From Octopus bimaculoides (lineage: Eukaryota): a DNA stretch of 64,000 nucleotides. A program made the translations under genes and the position numbers. Of the stretch, positions 1-64,000 are shown piece after piece. Numbering within the stretch: position 1 is the first letter of the stretch; every line of letters begins with the position of its first letter. The stretch covers positions 137,699,209-137,763,208 of the forward strand of contig NC_068982.1 of NCBI RefSeq assembly GCF_001194135.2. Direction: 5' to 3'. The notes beneath the pieces are model-generated. The model searched no databases. It saw nothing but the letters and a program-made list of their open reading frames with translations, and was not told where the DNA came from.

Positions 1-735
1 CGTACAGTGTCCAACCATTTCCGACCTGTGAGCCTATGACGAACGACTGCTATCGCGTGTGGAACGGGTCAGTTTATCAACTGAGTCTATCGTGAATATT
101 GTCGCATCTCCTTCCTTGAAACAGGAAGGAAGAGCCATTGTCATCGTACTTGTGACTATGGCGAAAGAATGTGTATGGTGGACGCGCCTGAAAAGTCTAG
201 AGACAAACACTTTCCTCTCAGGTGAATCTCTCATCAATTTCTTCAAGTATCACTTAAAGACGAAGGTGAGAGTACAGAGGGAAGTTTTGTCTAGTGAATG
301 TTTCAAAAAAAGATGGGTGAATGTAGCAAGAATGGCACGTGTGAATGACGGAGCCACATTGAGCATAATCCTATGAACCAGAAAAAGAAAAGAAAAAAAG
401 AGAGTCACTTGCTGTAATGTGTTTTTTGCATGACATTATTGCCCGAGGTTACCGTGGTCTTTTCCGTAGGCTTTTCTTTCCACAGATAAACCTAATCTGT
501 TTTCCCTTTTACATTATGACATTTCTATGATACACGATCCCTTTTGATCGGCTTCTTTTTTTTCCCACGATCGCTTTTGATCGAAATTTTCCCCTACCCT
601 TTTTTCCACTTCTTTCCACGATCCCTTTTGAACGAAATTCTACCTCCACTTTTTTTTCTTCTCTTCCCATAAAGAAAAGCTCTACTTTGTATTTTGTCCC
701 TTCTGTCTTCAGTCCTGTGTGGCCAATAAAGAAAC
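1..735 (+). mobile_element. 3' end of Tx1/L1-like non-LTR retrotransposon (ORF2 C-terminus + 3'UTR)
   Basis: Frame reads VQCPTISDL*AYDERLL...LVTMAKECVWWTRLK, resembling the zf-RVT/AKxxIWxxR terminus. Stop at 376, then a T-rich UTR ending gtggccaataaagaaa. Confidence 0.6.
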
Positions 736-779
736 ATATCTATCTATCTAATTGCAGCGACACATAGCATTCGAAGCCC

Positions 780-1250
780 TGATCGGTTTAGAAAAAATGA
801 GGCCACGATATATTTGGTGGTTTTATCCCCATCGTATTTCAGGTGCAGTCGTATGATCACTGGATTTAAATGCTCTCTGATGTATGACGACAATCGACAA
901 TTTTCGATGTCCTTGTTCTGCCTGTTGCTCTCGTACCGTCTGTTTTCCCAGGTCTTAGGACACTTCCATCTCGCATTTATTTGTTTCCTATGACATTTTT
1001 TGCAGAACCCTACACATTGAAGTTTACCTCCCTATTCTCTTCTATTAGATGAAACATTCCGGTTCTCTTTGCCAAAGACCTGCATTTGTAGGTATGTATG
1101 ACAAAGTTTATTATCCGATTCATTGCTAGCTTATGGCCACTTGAGATTCTTAGCAGCATTTGGTCGCTCGGATTCCACTATCCCATCGTGGAGCGGTCGG
1201 ATTGACTAATTCACATTTCCTCGCATTGTTATAGCTTTCAAATGAAGTGA
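780..1250 (-). mobile_element. Degraded RTE-like LINE C-terminal fragment
   Basis: Minus frame GKTDGTRATGRTRTSKIVD resembles RTE G.i.G.R.rGR...y.D; many stops. Confidence 0.35.
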
Positions 1251-2671
1251 CCCGGCTGGCTAAGCGGACGTGCCATGATTGTTCCTTCAGTTTTAGCTGG
1301 CTGTTAGCCTCTAGGAAATAGACTACACGCTCAGTGAGACTGTCATTCGATAGGATCAATAGTCTGGCGCCTTTGTAGTTTGGCTGGACATGTGTGGACG
1401 AAACCCAAATCCAGTGCTTCATAGTGGTGCAACAGTGACACTAAATATATACACACATTTGCGTGTGGGTATATTCTTTTATTTGTTTCAGTCATTTGAC
1501 CACAGCCACTCCTTCACCTATTTTGCACGCACAAACAGCTTATCCTTTCCCGTCTTGTTTATGGTAATTTGAACTAAAAATCCATACATTTCTTGCATAT
1601 TTTAATTGTTCGTACGTCTTGTTTAAGATAGCTGGCGAAGCATATCAGTACAAGTTTTATTTTTAACAGTTGAATGAATCATCAAAATATTTGCTTGGTA
1701 TACAACATTGTCAGATGAAAATTGACTTCTGTAAGGTAACATTATAATTTTCTTACCTTGATTCTTGTTTTATGCTGTGATTTCAGATTAACATTGGAAA
1801 TATTGCTGCTTTTAATGTTATAGATGCATACATGCGTACATATATGCATACATGCATGCGGTCATACATACATACATACACATACACATTCACACACGCA
1901 CATACATACGTGGTTTGGTTGTCCTTTGGTCCTTGATCGGTGGTTTTGCTGCGAGAGAAACCCAAACACCTCTGATGTACTTTGACTGTTTCTAGACGCA
2001 AGTACCAAGGAATGCTAGCTCTAACTACACTTACCTTCACCTCTCAGCTCATCAATACACCACGTATGGAAAACAAATCATTACTCTCTCAGAACTTAAG
2101 GAACCGCACAGGAAACTATTAGTTAAATATAACCGTACATATCTACCTTAACGATCCTCCCACAAGATTATTTATAGGGGTTTACACTCGATAAATTACT
2201 CAAAAGGTTACTGCACAAGTCAGCAGGCATGGTTTATGCAGAGCCACTCCCATTCTCTCGTCCATCAAACTTCTATTGGTTTGGTACAATAGGGACACAA
2301 AGATACTTTTCATGCTCTTCGAAAACCTAAAATTCCCAAACCAAGCTACTTGATGTAGTTTAAAATTATACCCCAGAAACGACTGTTTTAACGAAGTCGC
2401 TTCTTGTCCCAACGTTCGAAACGCGGAGTAGATAAAACAGGGGGCAACTGATGAAGGGATTGTTCTTTATGTTGCCTGTCTCGTTTCTCTATTTGTTTCT
2501 TTCGGTGTTCGAAAAAAGTTCATTTTCCATGTTTTTGTTTCTTTATGTTCTCGTTTTTCATTTTGTTCAGGTTTTTTTGACGTCCTGTACCCATATATGC
2601 ATGTATATATATATATATATGTAGGTATGTACATATATATATGTATATATGCAAATATATATATACTCTTT

Positions 2672-3022
2672 TACTCTCCTTTTACTCTTTTACTTGTTTC
2701 AGTCATTTGACTGTGGCCATGCTGGAGCACCGCCTTTAGTCGAGCAAATCGACCCCAAGACTTATTCTTTGTAAGCCTAGTACTTATTCTATCGGTCTCT
2801 CGCCAAACCGCTATGTTACGGGGACGTAAACACACAATCATTGGTTGTTAAGCGATGGTGGGGGGACAAACACAGACATACAAACATATACACACACATA
2901 TATATAAATACATATATACAACGGACTTCCTTCGGTTTCCGTCTACCAAATCCACTCACAAGGCATTGGTTGGCCCGAGGTTATAGTAGAAAAGATGCCA
3001 CACAGTGGGAATGGACCCGGAA
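2672..3022 (-). mobile_element. SINE family A (tRNA-like head, internal microsatellite, tail ...gcagtcaaatgactgaaacaagtaaaagag), head truncated
   Basis: Reverse complement of the copies at 7815 and 34636. Confidence 0.85.
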
Positions 3023-3040
3023 CCATATATATATATCTGT

Positions 3041-3470
3041 ATAATAACATTTTATTCTCTGGTTTGAAGTGACAATTTATAAATACAAACAAATGACTGA
3101 ATAATGATGAACTAATCCCAGACAGAATCGAACCCACAAATCGACGACAACACGGATCTTTGCGCGTCCGATTAGCCAAACACTCACCTATCAATTTTAG
3201 CCAAATTTAGTTAATATATACTGTCTAATACGTACTACGTATAACCTTTTCTACGCTAGGCACAAGGCCCGAAATTGTTTTTTGGTGGGGGCAGTCAATT
3301 AGATCAACCCCAATATGCAACAGGTATTTAATTTATCGACTCCAAAAGGATGGAAGACAAAATCGACCTTGGTAGAGGGTTTGATTCTGGGTGGGATTAG
3401 CTCATCATTTTTCAGTCATTTGTTTGTATTTATAAATTGTCGCTTCACGCCAGAGAATAAAATATTATTA
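3041..3470. repeat. Two inverted copies (~100-bp arms) of a short SINE-like element enclosing a partial SINE B
   Basis: 3041-3140 is the reverse complement of 3373-3470. The left copy continues into a tRNA-like head (gggttcgatt on the minus strand). Confidence 0.7.
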
Positions 3471-3527
3471 TATGTTATTATACTATGAGCCTTCCATAGT
3501 AGCTTTCTCTCAGTAACTTACAAAGCC

Positions 3528-3573
<46 letters not shown>

Positions 3574-4650
3574 NNNNNNNNNNNNNNNNNNNNNNNNNNN
3601 NNNNNNNNNNNNNNNNNNNNNNNNNNNNNNNNNNNNNNNNNNNNNNNNNNNNNNNNNNNNNNNNNNNNNNNNNNNNNNNNNNNNNNNNNNNNNNNNNNNN
3701 NNNNNNNNNNNNNNNNNNNNNNNNNNNNNNNNNNNNNNNNNNNNNNNNNNNNNNNNNNNNNNNNNNNNNNNNNNNNNNNNNNNNNNNNNNNNNNNNNNNN
3801 NNNNNNNNNNNNNNNNNNNNNNNNNNNNNNNNNNNNNNNNNNNNNNNNNNNNNNNNNNNNNNNNNNNNNNNNNNNNNNNNNNNNNNNNNNNNNNNNNNNN
3901 NNNNNNNNNNNNNNNNNNNNNNNNNNNNNNNNNNNNNNNNNNNNNNNNNNNNNNNNNNNNNNNNNNNNNNNNNNNNNNNNNNNNNNNNNNNNNNNNNNNN
4001 NNNNNNNNNNNNNNNNNNNNNNNNNNNNNNNNNNNNNNNNNNNNNNNNNNNNNNNNNNNNNNNNNNNNNNNNNNNNNNNNNNNNNNNNNNNNNNNNNNNN
4101 NNNNNNNNNNNNNNNNNNNNNNNNNNNNNNNNNNNNNNNNNNNNNNNNNNNNNNNNNNNNNNNNNNNNNNNNNNNNNNNNNNNNNNNNNNNNNNNNNNNN
4201 NNNNNNNNNNNNNNNNNNNNNNNNNNNNNNNNNNNNNNNNNNNNNNNNNNNNNNNNNNNNNNNNNNNNNNNNNNNNNNNNNNNNNNNNNNNNNNNNNNNN
4301 NNNNNNNNNNNNNNNNNNNNNNNNNNNNNNNNNNNNNNNNNNNNNNNNNNNNNNNNNNNNNNNNNNNNNNNNNNNNNNNNNNNNNNNNNNNNNNNNNNNN
4401 NNNNNNNNNNNNNNNNNNNNNNNNNNNNNNNNNNNNNNNNNNNNNNNNNNNNNNNNNNNNNNNNNNNNNNNNNNNNNNNNNNNTCTAGCGCATTAATTGT
4501 CCACGTTAGTGGTCGACGTTATTTTTTAAAATGTACCTTAATCCCCTGAGATTACAGTTAATATTTCTGAATCTCTTTGATTCTTTAGATGTGCTGGCCT
4601 ACTGATAATTAATCGATATTAATTAATATATGACTAATTACCAGATTTTA

Positions 4651-4687
<37 letters not shown>

Positions 4688-4715
4688 TTCAGTTCTATAT
4701 TTAAGAGATGAGGAA

Positions 4716-5485
4716 TTATGTACATTATTTACAATTGATGGATATTTGTCCTCATCTTGTTTGTTGTTAACACAATGTTTCGGCTGATATACCCTCCAGT
4801 CTTCATCAGGTGTCTAGGGGAAAAGGTATTTTTCGATGTTGTTGTTGTTGTTATTAACAAGGGCTTATAAATCTAATATTCTCCTATTTTTCTTTAATAC
4901 CGGTACCCATATGCTGTTCCCATATGCTGCTTAGGAGGTTGTTGTGTCCTAGCATATGTGCTGCTTCTTTTAGTTTTCGTATTTTCCAGTGGTGTTCTTT
5001 GTGTATTATTTTAATTTCATCCCACAGGGGGAGGCGGTCTCCACTTTTCCTTACATGATCAGCTATACCCGATTTATCAATATCTCCTCATATCACAGCT
5101 TTGCGATGTTCCTCTACCCTTATTTTGAGGGGGCGGATGTTTCGCCTTTGTATAACCTACCACAGCTGCATGGCATGGAGTACACGCAGTTCTTAGTCAT
5201 ATTCTCTTCTATTGGTGGTTTTACTCGAAGGAGATATTCGCAAAGTGTTGCATTGCTTTTGAATACTGTCCTGATGTCAAATGGGCCGCATATCTTTTGT
5301 ATCTTTTTGGAGAGGCCTTTCACATAGGGTAGAAAAACTGCAGACAGTTTATCGGTTTCATCCTCTCTTTTCTTCATAATTGGAGTGGAGAGTATGTTCT
5401 TGGGGTAGTTGTTGCTTAATAGATTGTTACTGAGATTGATCATTTCTTTGAGGTGGGTACCACGATCGCTACTTATATTCATTGC
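4716..5485 (-). mobile_element. Penelope-like element 3' fragment (GIY-YIG endonuclease)
   Basis: LPYVKGLSKKIQKIC...IRTVFK...NCVYSMPCSCGRLYKGET, followed by a PLE-type terminus. Confidence 0.85.
4769..4814 (-). ncRNA. Degenerate minimal type I hammerhead ribozyme motif in the Penelope terminus
   Basis: GACAC-CTGATGA-A-GACTG..CAGCC-GAAAC-ATT-GTGTT. Stems I and II are recognisable; G16.2 is mutated to A. Confidence 0.55.
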
Positions 5486-5489
5486 TCGA

Positions 5490-5980
5490 TGTTGAATGGA
5501 TCCTTATGATGTTTGGAACTTAGATTCAATGCATAAGGGCAGGTATAATGCAGTATGTTTGGTTTGAATTTGAGATGGCTTAAAGTGGGCAGAACCCTCT
5601 TGAAAATTCATAAATTTTCGATGTTGATGAAATTTCAACTATGGGTAATTGACACACATCAAGATGTATTCTCAAACTTTCCACTTCTCATGAAGATTTT
5701 AAGACCCCCTAATGGGGGCCTTAACTCCCAAATTTTAGTCATTTTTTATGATCCAAAACTACGTCAAAAGTACTGAATGGATCTTTATGAAATTTGGTAA
5801 TCATATTTTATGCATAAGGGCCATAACCCCCATGAAAATTCATATATTTTTGCTGTTGATGAAATTTGAACCATAGATGTTAGACACAAATGAAGTAATA
5901 TTTCTAAAATTCCATCTTCTTAGAAGTTAGAAAGACCTGTTCATGGGGACTTAACACCCATAATTTAGTCATTTTATCCA
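5490..5980. repeat. Diverged ~270-bp tandem duplication
   Basis: tgaatggatc(c/t)ttatga...atgcataagggc...gaaaattcata...gttgatgaaattt...ttagtcatttt occurs twice (5490-5760, 5775-5980). Confidence 0.7.
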
Positions 5981-5999
5981 AGCAAAGAGGAATACAGTT

Positions 6000-7220
6000 G
6001 TACTCTTGGAAGCTGTAGGGTCACCTAAGCACAAAAGATGAGCGTTATTTGTAATTCAATGGTACAACAGTGTAATAGTTTGCTTTGAGATATACTTACA
6101 TTGTGATTTCTGCAATGTGGTGCATAAATTCTGAAGTAAATGAGAGGCATCCTTGCCTCCACTGATTCAGTTGCAAAGTGTTGAGTAAAGTTATTTCCTT
6201 GCAAATATAGCAGTGTGGGAGCATTCCATTTTCTCTGCCAGTTCCCTGCTTTTTGGCGGCAGTTGGACAATCATTATTCAGATGTGTTTCGCTGTTGCAC
6301 AAATAACACCGTGGCCTCCTGCCCTCCACCACTACATACAAATTATGTCCTTCTGCTAATTGAATATTTGTGGGTAATTTATTGATCGATTCTTGATCGA
6401 TTTGTAAAAGAATTTCTAGCTTTTTACCTACCCAGTTTTGCTGTTCAAGGACAGCAATTTCTAAAATATTAGCTTCCTCCATTTCGAAGCAGATGGTAGA
6501 TAACAACCATTGCGTCTCTACCCCTGGAGGCACATTTTTTATTATTACCTTCGTCACTCTTTGCCCAAGATAGCTGGGTATCATAATCAGCTGATCTGTG
6601 CGAAGAGTGGACGTCAAAAATTGTTTTGCTAATTTTCCGCTGTGGAAACGAAGTTGAACAGTGGCAAATTCATACCACCAATTGTAGTCTTTATGTCGCT
6701 ATACAGGGCAAAGGCATTTTTCAATTTTATCCTGTGCTGCGTTTTCGTTTTTTTTTTTTGTTTGGACTCAATATTTTGTAGATGATGTTTTTTTTTGTAT
6801 TTTGTTCTAATATGTTCTGTGAGATGTGTAAGTATAAAGTTTCGCCTTCTTTGTGGAATAGTGATTTCGTGTCTTCTATTTGTTGGGCAGTGAACGATAC
6901 AATCTTTTTTTTTTGTCTTATCGCTTCAGCGAAATTTGTCTTTTCTTTTGTGGTGGTGGTGGTGGCAGAGGTGTCCGTTGTTGCAGTTAAAGGTGAAGTT
7001 GTAGTGGTAGTGTTGGTATTTTCTTTCGTGGAGGTCGACGGCTTTGTGACGATATCGCTGCTATTGCTGGTGTTGGTGGCGGTACTGGCATTCATGCTCA
7101 CACTTGTACTTGCTTGCCTGAGACTTCTCCCCTCCTTCCCTCCTTCAGGAAGCTGTGGTGAAGGCAGTGTAGGGAACTCAACGTCAAACGAGTTGCCAAG
7201 GAGACCGTCTTTATATCTTG
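6000..7220 (-). mobile_element. Relic ORF1 (gag-like, RRM + CCHC knuckle) of a non-LTR element; homolog of the 12756-14391 element
   Basis: KEGETLYL...FATVQLRF...RVTKVIIKNVPPGVETQWLL...RPRCYLCNSETHLNNDC (C-x2-C-x4-H-x4-C); disrupted by stops. Confidence 0.75.
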
Positions 7221-7419
7221 AAGTGCTCGAAATACGGATTACAAAAACAGCCGACAACTGATGAAGGGTCGTTCTTTATGTTGTTTGTCTTGTTTTCCAT
7301 TTGTTTCTTTCGTTGTTCTCAAAAAAAAGTTCATATTCCATGTATTCGTATTTCGTATTTCATGTTGTTTACATTCTGTGATGTCCTGTGCCCACATATG
7401 CCTATGTATATACATATAC

Positions 7420-7453
<34 letters not shown>

Positions 7454-7814
7454 ACACACATACGCTGACAGAGGAAAGAAACCTCCCCATGACCAAATCG
7501 AGGATCTCTCAGACTAGATATCTCGTTTCATGTATTTCTGTACGCTTCATAAGTGACACCCACCCTATTGATTGATGTCAGCTAGTTCCGGCTGTCAGAA
7601 TATATGTATTTACCATAGAAACCTATGGATGATTTAGTGGAATGTTAATGCATGTACAAAAAGTTAATATAAACACCTGGGTGTAATATAATACCATGAA
7701 GAAAAATTCAATCGTCATTAAACGTGACTAAGGTTGCCAAGACACCTACATTGCTAGAAATAGGAGTAAAATGCTCCATGTGCTGTGGGAAGAGTGCAAA
7801 CGTATACACATATA

Positions 7815-8223
7815 GGCGCAGGAGTGGCTGTGTGGTAAGTAGTTTGCTTACCAACCACATGGGTCCGGGTTCAGTCCCACTGCGTGGCACCTTGGGCAAG
7901 TGCCTTCTACTATAGCTTCGGGCTGACCAAAGCCTTGTGAGTGGATTTGGTAGACAGAAACTGAAAGAAGCCCGTCGTATATATGTATATGTATATATAT
8001 ATGTGTGTGTGTGTGTGTGTCTGTGTCTGTGTTTGTCCCCCCAATATTGCTTGACAATCGATGCTAGTGTGTTTACGTCCCCGTAACTTAGCGGTTCGGC
8101 AAAAGAGACCGATAGAATAAGTACTAGGCTTACAAAGAATAAGTCCTGGGGTCTATTTGCTCGACTAAAGGTGGTGCTCCAGCATGGCCGCAGTCAAATG
8201 ACTGAAGCAAGTAAAAGATAAAA
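7815..8223 (+). mobile_element. SINE family A, full length
   Basis: ggcgcaggagtggctgtgtggtaag...ggttcagtcccactg head, (TA/GT)n centre, shared tail. Confidence 0.9.
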
Positions 8224-8536
8224 GGGAAAATATGCTAACAGGGGTTCACTAAGCTTTTTCTGTTCTACAATAATATCCCAATTTTTAAAAAGGGAATTAA
8301 GTCCCCAGAATTAAATTACCATCCAGCCTCTCATTAAACTCTCATATCATTGAAGTATTTGAGAGAGAAGTGAGATCAAAAATAACTTCCTTGTTAGGGG
8401 AGAAAAATCATCTGCTTCTCTGACAGGTACAATTGCTTCAGGTCAGTACAGACCTGAGAGTGATGGTAATTAAGAGATGACCCCATGCTCCTCACAATTC
8501 CAGATCTTCTGAACTAGAGCCTCAACACCAGGTGCA

Positions 8537-8614
8537 ATTTAATGTCATACCCAGGGCATATGATATGATTTAATGTCATACCCAGGGCATATTTAATGTC
8601 ATACCCAGGGCATA
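8537..8614 (+). repeat. 3x ~23-bp tandem repeat atttaatgtcatacccagggcat
   Basis: Three near-perfect copies seen directly. Confidence 0.9.
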
Positions 8615-8678
8615 TGTTGACTGTTCTTTGAGCCACTTCTTCACTACAGTTTTCACTTCCTCGTCACTGGACTATGTA

Positions 8679-8719
<41 letters not shown>

Positions 8720-8909
8720 GCGTGTGCGTGTGTGTGTGTGTGTGAATATATGGGAATGAATACATGTATATGTGTGTTTGTGTTTCTCTGCATGTATGTA
8801 TGTGTAAGGTCATAATGTTTTTTTGCGTGTGTACATGTTTATGTGTACGTGTATGTGGCTGAAGTTGCTGATATTTTCTTCTTTTACAGATTAATCTACA
8901 TCTGGAAAT

Positions 8910-63612
<54,703 letters not shown>

Positions 63613-63707
63613 GTATGGAACAAACATGGAAATTCTTCTTCAAACTGATTAAAGAATGCTTGAATTCATACTTTTTGATAATTGAGAAAACAATGCTAAT
63701 ATAACGC

Positions 63708-63840
63708 GACTGCATGGTTCTGGGTTCAGTTCCACTGTGTGCTACCTTGGGCAAGTGTCTTCACCTATAGACTCAGGCCAACCAAAGCCTTGTGAGTGGA
63801 TTTGGTGGACGGAAACTGAAAAAAACAAAGGCCATCATGT
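63708..63840 (+). mobile_element. SINE family A head, running into a microsatellite
   Basis: ggttctgggttcagttccactg..aaagccttgtgagtggatttgg. Confidence 0.8.
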
Positions 63841-64000
63841 ATGTGTGTGTGTGTGCACGCGTGTGTCTTGTGTGTGTGCGCGCATGCACGTGTGTGTCTT
63901 GTGTGTGTGTTGTATGTGTGTGTGTGTGTGTGTATGTGTGTGCATGTGTGTGTGTTGTGTGTGCGCAGGTTGTGTATGTGTGCATGCACATGTGTGTGTT

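Noticed and set aside
1670-1735. Candidate 5'UTR exon (ttttaacag|...ctgtaag|gtaaca)
   Set aside because: Splice-like signals only; cannot be supported without transcripts.
3528-4549. Long ORFs spanning N-runs (also about 13.1-13.7k, 19-24k, 29k, 44k, 55-56k, 58k, 63k)
   Set aside because: Artefacts of assembly gaps flanked by (TA)n. The gaps could, however, hide extra LRR exons, so 17 is a minimum count.

Overview
AT-rich, microsatellite- and SINE-dense metazoan genomic DNA with many N-gaps. The repeat landscape suggests an octopus/cephalopod assembly (inference). The window is dominated by one + strand multi-exon gene that the ORF track mostly misses because its exons are tiny. I could splice 29 coding exons (8910-63612) into a continuous frame of about 995 aa: signal peptide, LRRNT, 17 single-repeat LRR exons (sixteen 72 nt, one 69 nt, all phase 2-2), LRRCT, a 12-Cys Ly6/uPAR (three-finger)-like domain, a SEA-like domain, a HormR domain and the start of a GAIN domain. 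This is an adhesion GPCR whose GPS and 7TM should lie beyond the window. The LRR array shows a 4-exon higher-order periodicity, conserved intron flanks and at least one chimeric exon made by intra-exon recombination. Introns hold relics of Penelope, RTE, CR1/L2-like, Tx1/L1-like and CRE-clade retroelements, mariner and hAT MITEs and several SINE families. The most notable of these is an ORF1-only non-LTR element inserted into a SINE with a 13-bp TSD, whose SINE/element junction was copied into a fold-back mariner MITE. No tools were run; family assignments come from motif recognition, and repeat boundaries are approximate.
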